DNA of 64,000 nucleotides from Phoronis australis. Lineage: Eukaryota > Animalia > Phoronida. Shown here piece after piece: positions 1 to 14,200 of the stretch (positions within the stretch are counted from its first letter, which is position 1; the number at the start of each line of letters is the position of its first letter). A program made the translations under genes and the position numbers. Under the pieces are notes generated by a model that worked only from the letters and a program-made list of their open reading frames with translations, was not told where the DNA came from and made no database searches. Location of the stretch: assembly GCA_002633005.1 (NCBI GenBank), contig NMRA01000441.1:318809-382808 (forward strand), read 5' to 3'.

Positions 1-3000
1 CATTTCCTGCTGTTTCAGTGCTGACTTGATCTGGCGCTCAGCTTCCCTATACAGTCCCAGTCTAGAAAGTGAATAAAAATCCAATGAAAAGATCGATAAG
101 TGCAAACTGGATTTTTTTAGATTTCCATCATATGCAAATCGTCAGCCACAAAAAAATCTCTGCTTCCATATATTGCCATACATGAGGCCAACTGTGATAG
201 GTGCCTGTTTTCTTCACTCAAGGCAGTGGGTTCGAGTCCCACTGGGCACACTGCTGAACCCTTGACTCAGGTTTTTAGCTCCAAAGTAGCTCAGTTAAAA
301 TGGTTCCAGGGGATCAGTGCAATAGGCCCACATGCGTGGCCTGCGCACGTCTGGTACAATGTGTACTAGACCGTCTGCAAATAGTTATTTTTTTATACTG
401 CCATACATGAAATTGTTGTGCGAAAGCTCATTCGTGCTCAGCTATGAGTGACAAGGACAACACTTATGTTGGAACAATTACTTGAATGGTTTGCCTCTTA
501 AATTCTTTATATATAATCCCAAGAAAAATATAATTTTGAAGCAATCTCTGTAAACATGATCAGTTTGTTAGATGATCATTAGAATGCATTTGAAAGTAAA
601 TTGACCTGATGTTAGGGTTATATGCTACGACCCAGAGAACTTGTGCCTAATAATTTTTTCAAAACAAAACCAATAACTAATTCTGCTGAAGTCACAGACA
701 TTTCAAAGAGATAATGTGTTTTTTTGTTTCTTTTTGCTAGTGAAACTACCAACAATGTTGCCTGAGCAGACATTGCAACCTAAATTCTAAGAGGCAATGT
801 TGCATGTCCATCCTCTTCAACTGCTGTTCTTGACAATGAAAAAACATAACTGCTCACAGAGACACCTGGTGACTTAACAAAAGACAAGTCAGAGCCATCT
901 TATAGTTAAAGCTGGTAACATAAAGCAGTATGATAAGGACTGATTCACAACACATCCAGTAATACACTAACCTGTAGTAACACTTGCCAAGTTGAACCTT
1001 CCACCACCAATCTTTATACTGACACGCCTCTGTGGCCAGAGCAGCCAACTCTAAAGCCTGGGAGAGATAAGCAGCAACAGAGGGCGTTACAAACACTCAA
1101 AGAAACCAGTTGTCACACCCACTTATTATTTATATACTACTATTTGTTTAACATCCGTAAGCAATACCACCAAGTTATATATTGAACATTTAGTGATGGG
1201 TTGGTAATATAAAAATATCCCTTCATGACCAATCTTCAAACACTTCCGTCGCTACTCAACTTTTGTGAGATTTACAAAAACCTAAGATGTTCCCTTGTGT
1301 ATGCAGTCCACCAACAAATGCATACATCAAACACATGACTATTTAACCAAAATAAGGCACAATATCATCAATTTTGGATAAAAATAATTACCAAACATAA
1401 CCTTTCTTCATTTTCAAGAGCTTCTAACACTGTTTTGAAAGCCCACAATTTTTCAAAATATTGTCTGATGGTAGGTAGATATTAAGGCTCAAACTTGGAA
1501 CATGCTAAAGCACTCATTTTGAGCTTCACATATAAAAATTTCACTTGCGGCGTCACCCTGTGCCCTACATTTTTTTTTTGGTGAAATTTTCGTTATAATA
1601 CTAAAACACAAAACTGACACACTATTATCACAGCCATGGTAAAAGAAAAAAGAATTTGACACAGCAGGTTGAAACTTACATTGCGAACATCATTCTCATG
1701 GTGAAAGATGTATTCAAACAATGCCTTAGCCAAGTTCTGTCTCTGAGCGTACTTAGAGAAATTCAGTCTGCCCAAGTTGATGAAAGGTCCATCTGGTGTT
1801 GACAGCATACTGGCCTAGAAAGATTGAATCCGTTCAAAATAGACTTATTCTTTAACACAATAAAACTGACAATGCCAAGAACATTAATGAAAGGTAAAAT
1901 ACTAGACACGTGACAACTTGAATCTCGAAAGGTAATTGTAGTGCTGCCAGTTTAATAAATGCAATGATAACCAGCGAGAAAGTTTATACATGGTTGTCCT
2001 ATAAAGCACTGGATGTCAAGGTTTGAACGAATGCATTTGTTACGGGGACACCTTGTCATGACATTTGACCTTTGAGATTCTTGTTGTGTTTATACTTTCA
2101 CCATGCATTTGACAACCTGTGGATACTAAAACAACTTCCATTTCTGTCAAGGACTTTTGATGTCTTCATTGTTGACAATGCAATTCTTGGGGTGAGAAAA
2201 TGCCAGACAAACTTTTGTAGCTGATACGATAAAGAAATAGAACTTGCAAGTTTTGCGCAAAACAATTCATGTACGGCAGCATAGTTGAAATTAATCAAAT
2301 ACTATATTGTGATTTTAATAAAATTCTGAAAAAACAAGCATAATGCAAGACTTAGCTCAAGAGAAACCCGATACAGAAGGAGTTCCAAGAGTCCTAATCA
2401 GGGATCAATGCACTGGAAATGGCCTTCTGACCAAAGCTAACATAATGCACCAAAGCCATCATCAGGCCACCTGCATACGGAAATGAAGTTAATACAGACT
2501 GCGCTAAAAGAGACTGCAGATTATTAAGCAACAATAAAGAGGCTAAACTATCAGACAGCAACATAAAAACATTTTCATTGATACGAAAGGGCTTAACTTA
2601 CAGTTCCAAGTCTGACGTATCGGCCTGATGCGCTCGTCACTGGTCGGGCAGTGTGCGCTGTACGTGGTGTTCTGATGGCCTGCTCCATAGTTCCCGGACG
2701 ACCAGACTGTGTTCCTGGCCGGGCGAAACCAGTCAAGGGTCTACCAGACTGGGAAACTGGCCTGCAAATGAAATTTGGCTCAAAACATTTCAGTAAGAAT
2801 TCATCAACTGCAAAAATTAGATTGCTGCATGACATCAAAAGCATTGCTCAAATACAGAAAGGTGAAGTATGTTCATATTAATTTTACCGACACACTGTGA
2901 TTGCTTAACTCGGGCCAACTTGCTCTTTAAACTTGAAAGAGAAAAAATGACAAAATAAAGCTAAAATGACCCTTTAAATTGGGCAATAAGCTTGGCCCAA

Positions 3001-4970
3001 GTGGGTCAGTTTGCCCATTATTCAAAATCGAGGTGTAAATAATTTTGACTTACAAAAATATAACTTCAGAAATTCAGAAATGTTATGACAAAAGAGACGA
3101 CACATAGACATGTTACCTAACTCCCTGGCTAGGCGTTCCTTGCCCAGCTCCTGGTGTTTTTAATGACGTTCCAGGACGAGCAACTTGTGCTATAGAGTTA
3201 TCGTCCATCAACATCTCAGCAATGCCTTCCTCGTCCACATCCACCTCATCAACGTAAACTTGCTCAGTTAGAGCACGTGTCTTTAAGGTCCATGCAGCCT
3301 GAGTACAGTAGAGAAAGAATTAGTGATTCTAACATTGTGAGGGAAATTTTTGAATCATTGGAGATTTTTTTGGTCTGATGAGGGGAATTTCGTGTGATTT
3401 TTAAATATTTTTTCACATGAAAATAGGGCCAAATATCAAAGTCAAAGCACAGAGGGCCCCGAAAACACAAGCATTGGTTGGTGGGGCAACTAATAAATAC
3501 TGCCACACAGATGCAGACTTGTCAAGTCCTCCACATTTGTCGGAGGACTTGTACATTTGACACTTTTCTATAGCACACCTGCCAACTTTGGCCAGCACAG
3601 GTTTTTTGTCATGCATTCCAGTAGTTCCTCGGCAATCTGATTAATACAACCCGCATATCGATTTTGGCCTAGACATGCGATACCTGCAATACATCCAAAC
3701 CCATCGGTTCATTTTTAGTTCGAGTTCTTAGAGCACAAGAAGTACCTAAAAAGAGGTGGTCAGTAGTCAGTAGAGTGGTCAGTATGAGGTGGTCAGTAGT
3801 CAGTAGAGTGGTCAGTATGAGGTGGTCAGTAGTCAGTAGAGTGGTCAGTATGAGGTGGTCAGTAGTCAGTAGAGTGGTCAGTATGAGGTGGTCAGTAGTC
3901 AGTAGAGTGGTCAGTATGTGGTGGTCAGTAGTCAGTAGAGTGGTCAGTATGAGGTGGTCAGTAGTCAGTAGAGTGGTCAGAATGAGGTGGTCAGTAATCA
4001 GTAGAGTGGCAATCCAAAGTACAAAATGTTAGCAAAACAAGCTGTTTTGATCCTTCAAGCAATAGCAATATACATGTACATCAAAACTAAGAAAAAGTCA
4101 TGTTAGAAGATTTATTATGGGTGTGCAATGGGCCTTAAATTCCTGCAAAAAATCCCTGAATCTCCAGTGCACAGCCCAGCAACCTTTGTGTCGATGTGGG
4201 CAAAAAACCAAAATAAAATCTGACACAAAACTTGTGTCATTGAAAATTACAGTCTTTCTTGAGTAAATTAAATTATTTACAGATGTTAGAAACATTGGAC
4301 GTACTCAATAGTTTTTCTACTGGCGGCTAAGTGTAGTTATCGACATCGTGACTTTACGTGACAAACCAGTAATTCCTGTACCGTCTTGACCTCGACGGGC
4401 CCAAGGTGGAAGTGTGTGGGGGCTTTTTGTGAACATTTTTGTTCTTTGACTGCGAATTTCTTACGAAGTCGCCGTAACAGGACACCGTCAATGGTATTGG
4501 GAGAAAGAACAATTCTTCATGGTTTGTTGAACCCCTGTTTTGTGTAAATTTATTGAGTTTTATGTTTGCTATGGACGGCTGAAGTGAAGCACCAGTGGAA
4601 TTTCAAGTCCGAAGTGTCATACCTTGTAGTATTATGTAGTGTATTGGGGACGATCAGAAGCTGAGGACGCCTGTGCATAGCACAGGAGAGATCTTGCAAA
4701 TGCATGCACCAGCTCGCTTTTCTCGCAAAAACTTGGTCGAAGAATACAAACCACAGCACACGAGAGAAACGGTGGTAGAGACTGACACTGACTGAGTAAA
4801 TATCGTAGTAGACTATAACTTTGCACAAAAGTCAAAAATAAAAATAAAATTTTGTTGACATTGGTTACCTGATCGTAAGGGTTCTTTTCGAGCAGCTGAG
4901 TGCACAGATTCACGCACTGTTCAAACTTTCTACGTCTGAAGAAACTGTAAGCCAAATACAGAGGGTCCAT
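1..4970 (-). CDS. TTC8: Tetratricopeptide repeat protein 8 / Bardet-Biedl syndrome 8 (BBSome subunit), 5' part; continues beyond window start
   Basis: Six phase-compatible GT-AG exons on minus strand: 4970-4869 (MDPLYLAYSFFRRRKFEQCVNLCTQLLEKNPYDQ), 3298-3117 (AAWTLKTRALTEQVYVDEVDVDEEGIAEMLMDDNSIAQVARPGTSL...), 2761-2602 (PVSQSGRPLTGFARPGTQSGRPGTMEQAIRTPRTAHTARPVTSASGRYVRLGT), 1814-1680 (ASMLSTPDGPFINLGRLNFSKYAQ...ALFEYIFHHENDVRN), 1057-972 (ALELAALATEACQYKDWWWKVQLGKCYYR), 61-1 (LGLYREAERQIKSALKQQEM). The peptides match the recalled TTC8/BBS8 N-terminus closely. Confidence 0.96.
186..398 (+). mobile_element. tRNA-derived SINE, copy 1 (TTC8 intron)
   Basis: B-box GGTTCGAGTCCC near 227-240. Body matches the reverse complement of 19398-19644. 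Flanked by 12-bp direct repeat TGCCATACATGA at 174-185 and 399-410. Confidence 0.85.
3753..4009. repeat. 33-bp minisatellite (GAGGTGGTCAGTAGTCAGTAGAGTGGTCAGTAT), ~7.8 copies, TTC8 intron 1
   Basis: Near-perfect tandem copies read directly; explains the spurious MRWSVVSRVVS ORF at 3775-4032. Confidence 0.95.
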
Positions 4971-5277
4971 TGCGAACTAAATTGCTCTGTTACAACAAAA
5001 TTGACAGATTCCCTTTTCACAGTTTCACAAGACCCCAAAAAATTCAATATGTCTGCCACTCGAATACCCAGTAAACGTTTCAATAATACAGTTTATTGCA
5101 CAAAAAATACATTTTAATGCATTAGTTACTATTTTATTTTTCTTTATTTAGTTAATTGTTTCATGTTTTTTATTTAGTTAATTGTTTCATGTAAGATTTG
5201 TAGATTGAAATATTTATGTTAGAAAGGCAATCATTGAGCGACATCTGCCGGTAATTTGTCGAGAGGTGAAAACAAAC
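4971..5277. promoter_or_regulatory. Short shared (likely bidirectional) promoter/5'UTR region between TTC8 and DHTKD1
   Basis: Start codons at 4970 (-) and 5278 (+) are divergent with 307 bp between them. AT-rich core with a short tandem duplication (TTATTTAGTTAATTGTTTCATG x2, ~5144-5191). Confidence 0.7.
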
Positions 5278-8200
5278 ATGTCTAGTAGCACGAGATTGCT
5301 TATGCGCAGTGTTTTGCTGCAAAAGTGCACCAGAAGACCGCTACTTGCGAGTCTGTATTATGGAAAATACCATACTTCAACAGGAGTGTATGGATTTCGT
5401 CCTAGACAGAGAACTGAAAATGCTGATCGTAAGAAATTTTATGGCTTTAGGAATTATAGGGGTAGCCGGTGTCACGGTGAATCAACCGGGCTGTGAATTC
5501 CAAACCATTTGAACGTTGACTCATAGATATTGACGTGAGTGTGTTTGTTCAACAGCGTGACTCTTGCTCTCAAGTGCAGCCCACTCCTTTGGCTCTTATC
5601 TGGCATTGCTAGTCTGCTAGCACTCAGCTTGACCATGTCTCTCTGATCATGATGACCTTGACATGTACATAACCAGCCGGGGTCATGGGGTCAATAACCA
5701 GTTCTGTTTGTTTACTTTGAGCTGGTGCATAGTGCCAACTGTTCCACTTTTGGTGGGATGGTTCCACTTTTTTTAATCTTCAGTGGTCCCTGTCAAATCC
5801 TCGGGATAGAAAGTGCCAGTTCCTTTTTCCTGATGTGCGATTATTCCAGAGGGCCACTGTTCTGGAAGGCTGCAAGGCTGGGGGCACAAAAAATATTTTG
5901 TGGGACTAGCTATTTTGGTTCTGAAGGGCCATTCTTCCCAAAAGTGTTTCGCTACATGGATATTACAGAGTAGTACACATTCTAGACAGTGTCATTGCTG
6001 TGCGTCAACTTGGAATCCTGTTAAATCTCAAGATCTTGTGTGCATGATGAACTTGGAATTGAATATTTATATGGGTAGTGTAAAGAATTTCTGTTATAAC
6101 TTGCCCTTCGATTGCCGATTTTCTCCTTTACGTAACTTGTGTCAAAGAATGCACAAACGGTGAAATCAATTACTGTTTGGTGATTAAGATTGCCAGTAGG
6201 TGAAAAAAGGTCGCTTAAAATTTACATTGTTTTATTTTAACATGTAATTTGATTTAGTGCAATGCAAATTTTTATAACAACATGAATGATCTTGTCAAAT
6301 TTCCTCATGTTTCCAAGTCCACGCATATGCGATCTTGAGATTAAACAGGTTTCCAAGTTCACGCACAAGAGCACACCCTATCAGATTGCCTTGTAATCCA
6401 CAAGATTTTTTCTGCAAATAACACTTCGTTGAATGCACGACATTTTTCATTGTTCACAGTCTTTATTCCATTGCGTTCATACTTTTTGAACAAAACTCTA
6501 CTCTCTACTGAACATAGATGCAGTTACTGACCTAGCGACATAATTAAAAGACACACGATATTTTGAAACATACTTGTTTCATTCTCAAGTGAAGATAAAA
6601 TGACGCAGTAATGCCACCACAGAGTATAAGCTGACGACACACACAGTGAGACACGGCGGGTGTGAAATATTGCAAAGAATGACTAATGAATTGGGGTAAC
6701 AGGAAAGTCACGCAAACAAGTGTAACGTGCAGCGCGACCCTGTTTGCTGCTCATTCAAAATAGGCTTCTCAAAAGCAATTAACAAATGCTCCCCTAATCA
6801 TTTTTTTATTCTTCCCTTCAACGAAATTGAAGACTGATCTCTGCTACAGTTATTGTGTTTGATATCATACAGAAATGCACAAAATGTTTTGAGGAGGTAA
6901 CCAATCTGCCAGCCATGCGGAGAGGAAGCAGCACAGATGCTGTCTGTGAACTTTCATGATAACAACAATCGGGGGCCAATGAATCGAGGACACCTGTGGC
7001 TGTATCTTGTCATGATTTTCCATTCCATTTCATGATCGAAAATAAAACGCCGTCGGTCGTGCTTTTCCATTTTGTAATGTTGAGACTATGTTTAAGGTTA
7101 ATGCTGCGTGCAGAAAAATCTGCTAATTCAGTTGTTCAAGTAACAAAGGGGTTCTTAAAGTCAGCTAGGGATCACAAAAATATTCGAAATCAGGAGTTTA
7201 TTTTTATTGTAATGGAAATGAGCACATGCAGTCGTAGCCGAATTATGCCAACCTGGTTCTTGACGCTGCATTTCTCCAAAAAATGAAAACTGCTATTGTT
7301 TATTTGAATGCTGTGTTTTAAAACGATCACTTTGATCATGACACTTACTTGACAGAGCTACTTATTTGTATCTTTGAAAACAGTTCTGCTACAACCTTGC
7401 TTCTGTAAAACCTTATTTATAAGGCAATGATGTTATAAGTGAAATAAAGCATTTTTGGAAAAATTTAAAATTTTCTGAAAATCACAGATGTGTTGTCAAA
7501 GTTAATAAAATATTTTTTGGCTTAGATTATTCCATGAAATTGTTAAATAAATTTTATAAATTAACAATGCTGTGAATTTTGTATTTGAATTTAATGCTTT
7601 TTTTATATATGGCAAACGATCCTTTATAAGTCATGACTAAAATTCGAATATAAAGTGTCATACTCGAATATTTATCCATGACCTTAAAATTCCAGGTTTT
7701 ATGGTAACAAAGAAATCGTGTAGCAAAACCAATGTCCTCTTTTCCGTCTTAGCTGCTTTTGCTTTTATAGCAAATTTTGGTTCAGAAAATCATCTTGTTT
7801 TCATATTGCTGAACGGCATCCTCGCTTCTCTTTTACAGTTGATAAAGAAACGATCGACCAGCGAAGCAAATACGCCAATCTTTGGCGATACATTACAGCG
7901 TATAGAAACTATGGTCATAGACGGGCAGACATCAATCCATTGGGATATAAACCACAGTGAGTGTGTTCTTAGTTTTCTTGAAAATCAAATTTCGATCACA
8001 CCATCCTATGCACACAACTGGTGTGCGTTCTGTACATGCGAGAATCTTGGAAAACGCAAGACATCTAAAGATATTGCCACGTGATCTCACTAGCTTCCTT
8101 CACGATATTCTTGCATCTACGGAACTCTGCGATATTCTTCCCTTGTACTAAATGAGCATAGCTGGTTCTGGTCTTTGTTGTTTTGGAAATCGAGATGGTG

Positions 8201-11200
8201 GTGTGGTATTTTTAGTGGTTCACTTTTTTTTCAAAAAGGAAAATCAACCAAAGATGAGCAGAACCAACAACGATTTTTTGGTCATATCTCACCTTGGAAT
8301 GCAGGCAACAGTCACTTATAAGGATCTCAAAATTTGAGAACCAGTTTGATGCCCATTATTCAGAGGAGAAAACTGGTTCTCGTAATGCGAAACCCATGTC
8401 AAGTGACTATTATTAGACTGTGTCCGTGTGCTTTATTGGTAAGCATTTTGATTCTGTTGATATCAGAAGCAAGTTCTGGTCAGTAGCGAGTTAGCAGTGA
8501 GTCTTCCATGTATTGTCTGGGATGCTATCTCAAACTTGTTATAGTTTTTGATACCGGGAAGTGTGCTCACCGTAACTTTTAAAGTGAAACTACAGTAATC
8601 AGTGTTGACATTTTGACATCGCTTATGTTACTGACAGCTTCGTAAAAAATGAATCTTTTACATATGCAAAATTGCTGTCTTAAGTGTTATTTATGTAGTG
8701 TGGTTCTTTGAAAATATTTCTTGAATCACTTAGCAGATATTTTGGTTATACCCAAATGATAATTTTTTAACAGTTTGTACTAAATTGTCTTAAAGTTCAC
8801 TCAAAATGTCACTTTTGCCAAGTTCGCTTGATCTTGAAACTGAATGAAAATTTACATAATTTGTAAAAGTAATTGGTATACTGTCTCGTCTATGCTTTTT
8901 CAATCGTTTCCTCTTCTTTTCAACAAAGTTCTGTCTATGAAGAACTAGTTGAATAATGATGACTAAATGATGATTTAGTTGAACAATGAAGACTTAATTT
9001 TCATTTTGTCATTCCAGTATTCTTCCTGAGCTGGACCCTTCTATATACAATTTGTCTCATGATGACCAATACCCAGTTAAAGGACTACTCAATGTCACAT
9101 TGGAAGATGAGAAACCAACGGGATCTTTGTCGGAAATCACAGACGCACTTGAAAGACTTTATTGCGGTGCAATCTCAGTCGAGTTTCAGCACCTTTTTGT
9201 AAGCACTACATAATGAACTTGTTATTAGTGTTTTTACTCTGTCTGTTAAAGATGTCTTTATTTTGTCGGTGTGCCATTCTAAAGTTGTACTTTTCTGTTT
9301 TTCTTTTGTTTCCAGGGTTTGCCTAAAGCAAGACCACATTAAACACAGTAACTCATTTGAATTAGTGGCATTATTTCTGATTAACATTATAGTTTACGAG
9401 CAGCGTTTCCTTTCTCACCCACCACATTTGTTTTCTCATTTACATCAAACCTTCTTTTCTATAAAAGAATTATATTATAATCAGGAAAATTAAACCTGTT
9501 CATCTGGACTGTATCATACTTACTAAAAAATCCCTTAAGCTCTCGGGAGCATCATGCTCCTTCTACAGGAATGATTGAATGGTTGGACTGGCAGGACAGG
9601 TGGAGCTTCTCGCTGTGTTCTTGTGAGACACAATCCACAGTACCGTTCCAAGCGGAGGCCAGCCTGCCACCTCAGTGTCTGTAAAGAGATGGATTGTGGT
9701 AAATGAAGATGGCCCCCTTGGCGCCTCTTTGGAAACAGTTCTTTTCCCCGCTCAAAATTTCAACACCGTCATTATTGAACTCGTGACCAGTCGCATGCAA
9801 GCAGACGAAAAACACCTTTTCCCGCATTCCTCCGGTGTTGGTACAACCATTTATGAAAGGGTTGTTTGAGTTTCCACTATATACTCCTCTGCACAATTGT
9901 CACCTTCACAACGGATGTGTTAAATTAACCCACTGGTGTTTTCTTTGATGGGTTTGTCCTTAGGATGCACCAAGGAATACCGCAGAGTGTTACTTGGATG
10001 ATGATCAACATTGATCCCATAATCAGACCCAACGCACTGTAGATTTTCTGACAATTCTTTAATATCTGGAAACGACAGGCTAGTAACAGTCCGATTCTCA
10101 TTGCGTGGCTTACTTTTAAGTATGTTACTTCTTGCCCAGCGGGGATACCCACAACTGGACATTGCAGTAGCTGAATGCTCTTTATGACTCTATCTGATTG
10201 TTTGGTTACTAAGTGGTCTGCTCTGTAATTCAGAGAGCGTGTAACACCATACTTGTGACAGAGGGTGTGGTGAGAATCAAACGATAAATATTGGTGGATG
10301 TGCATAGGTTTGAATTCCTAAACACAATGAATCTGTCTATTATAATCCAAGGCCATTTAACAATCCAAAACGGGAGACTACACTCTGACATGAGTTTTTG
10401 TGTGAATGCAATAAGTGGGTCTTTTGAATTGGGAATATCAAAAAAACTCCACTTACTCTACTTGTTTATTCACCTCAAAAGTGTAGTCAACATACCATTG
10501 CTACAACTTCGGTTGTTCACCCATGTAACAAGCATGATAAGTCCAACTGAACAGGTTTAATTTTTCGGATCATGAACTTTCCTGGATGGGAGAAGACTTG
10601 ATTTCAAAATAAAAGAGAAGTGTGTATGGGAAAAGAATTGTGTGTGGGACAAGAATTGTGTGTGGGACAAGAATTGTGTGTGGGACAAGAATTGTGTGTG
10701 GGACAAGAGTTGTGTGTGGGACAAGAGTTGTTTTCATGAGAAGAAAACACTGTTAGCAAGAATATCAGAATATATAAGTGCATTTTGTGGGTGGAGAAAA
10801 CGACCTATGGCTTCCCTACAGAACCCAAATGCCGAATGAAATGTGTAAGTGCTTTCAAGTATGCTCGAATCATGGACCACAAAAGGAACATTTCATCAAG
10901 TTAGTAGGTATGTATTGGTACCACACTGACTCCTTTCACAACCGGATTTGTGGCAAGAAAGATCATCACTCGAATGATATTACATAACTGTTGTCTTTAT
11001 TCTTCAAAAGGGTCAAAAAATATATCCAGAACGTGGCGGACCCCTGTAGATGTGTGTAATTGTCCTTTTACTGAAATACGGACCTGCAAACCAGAGTCAC
11101 CCACCTGTTAACGTAAAATTTGGATGCAAAAATGTGACAGGTGGACAAAAAAGGAAAGCAAGCCAATGGGAATCCTTTCAATTGTGTGGCCTTGCCATTC

Positions 11201-14200
11201 ATTTGATTTGGGGTTCTTCTTTTAGAAGTATGAGATTCACAACTGTAGCTGCATGATTATTGATTGCAGGCCTGTTATCTGTTCTGACTATTCTACAGAA
11301 CTGATCTTGTTTTTGTTTACCATGGGTATACTTGCCGGTCAGTTGCCCTAAATGTTTCTTCTTGTCGCAATCTTTACAGACCCACCAAGAGCGTGAGTGG
11401 TTTGCGCATCGCTACGAAGAGATTAAATTTGCACCTGTTCCCGATGAAAAGAAAATTGAACTTGCCAAACTGATGTTGAGATGTCAGGTAGATCTTTGTA
11501 TTTTGTTTGTTAAGTTATCCGATGCCTAACAGCTGAGGATACTGCAGTGGGGGGGGGGGGGAATTTTTGAACATGGTGGTTATCTTAGGTTGAGGGTATT
11601 GGTGACCGCAAGGCGAGGACTGTGTCCACAGGGTATGGTGATTCTGACAGAGGGAGGGTCAGGTAAAATGGGCTGTCACATCCTTGCTATAAAAACATGA
11701 GTTTGTCAGTCTCAGAGAATGTGGTGTGTCAGACTCGTTGCTTACTGAGTGGGTCCAAACCATTGTTCAAGCTCAATTTGACCTGCTGAGAAAAGAAATT
11801 GGTTTCAATCTCCTGATCATTTCCAGCTTGCTATATGATGAGAATGATTGCATTACTAACTAAAGTAGACATCACTGCATCTATAACAAGAGACTTTCTG
11901 GAAGCAATGATGGCTGATCATGTTGGACAGGTGACTGTTACTGCCACCTGGCTGTACCAGGAGGTACTTCTACTTTACATCAGTTGGCATCTATGCGTAA
12001 CATGTTTGATCCTTTTACAATCTTAGTGATGAGAAGTGATGCATTTGAAACAAATTTAAAACTGCCTTCTTGTCTACCAGAGACCACTAGTATTCTGTCC
12101 CATGTGATCAGTCGTCATGTTGCTACTTGAAGAAATGTCAAACAGTTAACTTTGACGACTTGTCAAGAATCATTGTCGTTTGTCACAAAAGTTGTTTAAA
12201 TAGTAAAATCTCAGTTCACTGACATCTATCCTCTGTTACAGGCGTTTGACCGGTTTCTAGCCAACAAGTTCCCCACAGTCAAGCGGTATGGTGCAGAAGG
12301 CTGTGAGACCATGATTGGCTTCTTCCAAGAGTTGTTCACCTCTGCTGCCGAGTGTAGGTGCTGTTGCTGTTTGCAGTTAAAGCCACTAGCCATCAGCTAG
12401 TAGCTCCATCTTGTGGCCAGGCCCAAAACTGGTTTTCCTCTCAACTGGCTGCTGTGTTTACCTGTTTAATTAGTCTACCTGTTCTTCCCAACCCCAATTT
12501 AAATGTTAATTATAGAGTAAGTTGAGGCAAGTTTATTAGTGACAAGTGGCTAAATTTAATTGTTGAATGTTTTTAACATTGAAAATTTTTTAATGCGAAT
12601 GGATTGCAATATTAACATTATAATCAGGTTCGTCTACTAGGATGAATGATTAAGAAGTGCTTGAAATTTGCAATGTTTCAATTAATATCATTTTGGGAAG
12701 GCCGGTTTTGAATTAATAAGCAATGGTTTAGTAATGTTCAGTTGGACATGATTTTATTACTCTGTGCTGTGCAGTCTTCAAGTTGAATTTCTCAGGAGTT
12801 AGACAATTTGTTGTTCAAATTTTTATTAATTTATAAGTTCTTTTCAAATATTAAGTTAAACATTACTTATTGCATCTGCTCCGACAATATAGTTTATTCC
12901 GTTTTAGTTGACATTGAAGAGGTGATTATGTGCATGCCACATAGAGGGCGCTTGAATCTGCTCACGTGTCTACTCAAGTACCCGCCCGTCGCCATGTTTC
13001 ATAAGGTATCTAACTTCCATTGAGCAACTGACTAGCAATTTAAAAAGTGTTTATATATTCAACAAATAGAAGTTTCCCCTAAGACACTTGGCATAAATTA
13101 CGGATGCTAGACATAGTTTTTTGTGTATAAAAAAGAGTGATACTAGCATGGGATTTTTTGTTCAACAATGCCCCCAATGTGTGATACATCTAGTATATAC
13201 TGTTAGTGATAGAAACCAGTTTACATTTAATTCTGGGAAAACTTAAAAAATTAATAGTGAAAAGACTTTTTTCTTCACAGAGTGTCTCCTTATATGTGCG
13301 ATGTGGGTTTTTCAACTTCATACCAGTCCCATGGTACGGTAAAGTCGCGTGATTTTCGGACGGCCCGCCATTTTTGACCAAGAATAAATATTTCCGAAAT
13401 AAGTTTTTCATAGTCCACGAAATTCGTACAAGGTCAAAAAATGTTTTTCAACTATCCCCAAATTTCGGACAATGCCATAAAGGTCGGATTTTTGTCCCGC
13501 GACTTTCGGACAAGGAAAATTTTTAGAAACGGTAATTTGGGATCGACACAACTCCCGTGTCATCACTAAAGCGTTCAACGGATGATTACTACTGTATACG
13601 GCTTGAGTCCGAGAATCGGTATAACGGGTTTGTAATTTTTACCTTGTCTTGACGATGTCACGACCGTTACTCGATTGTCTTGCGTTTAGCTCGTGTTTGG
13701 CGCTTTAGCTATGAAAAGAATCGCCGAGTTCCGCATGACGGAAATTTCTGATGAAAATACAAATACGAAATACACCAAAGGCTGCAACTTTTCGTTGTAG
13801 CGTAACATGTGCTCTGGCCGTGCTGTTCGACNGTTCAAATGGAAAGTGTTTAAAGAGAAGTGAGCTTCCCAAAAAGTTGCAGTTACTGTATGTGAACAGA
13901 AAGGCTTAAAACCTTGAACATTGATGGTTTGCCATGGAAGAAATAGAAAACACCTCTGGTCATTTCAATTTCTTTTATAAAATTAGGCGTTTTTAGTATT
14001 TCTGCTTTTGTTTAGTCTCTGAAAACATGCAATGATGATGTTTGATTAATACAAGATTTTGAATTCTAGATGAAAGGCAAAAGGGAATTCCCTCCTGATA
14101 TAATTGGTGAAGGCGATGTTCTATCCCATTTATGTAAGTCGGCAGTCCATTCTGATTTAGTATACTGTGAATATCATCCTGCGGGTGGTCGTGCAAAAGT

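Noticed and set aside
3753-4032. Regular repeat and 85-aa repetitive ORF as a CRISPR array or gene
   Set aside because: Head-to-tail 33-bp units with no unique spacers, inside a eukaryotic intron: a minisatellite.
7701-8084. 127-aa ORF as an independent gene
   Set aside because: Overlaps DHTKD1 exon 2 (7839-7956) in a different frame.
10620-10839. CVWDKN-repeat ORF
   Set aside because: Translation of an intronic 18-bp minisatellite; no splice or homology support.
13336-13870. Possible DNA-transposon end with repeated TTTCGGAC motifs and a single 'n' at 13832
   Set aside because: No matching opposite terminus found, and the ambiguous base suggests an assembly join; not classifiable.
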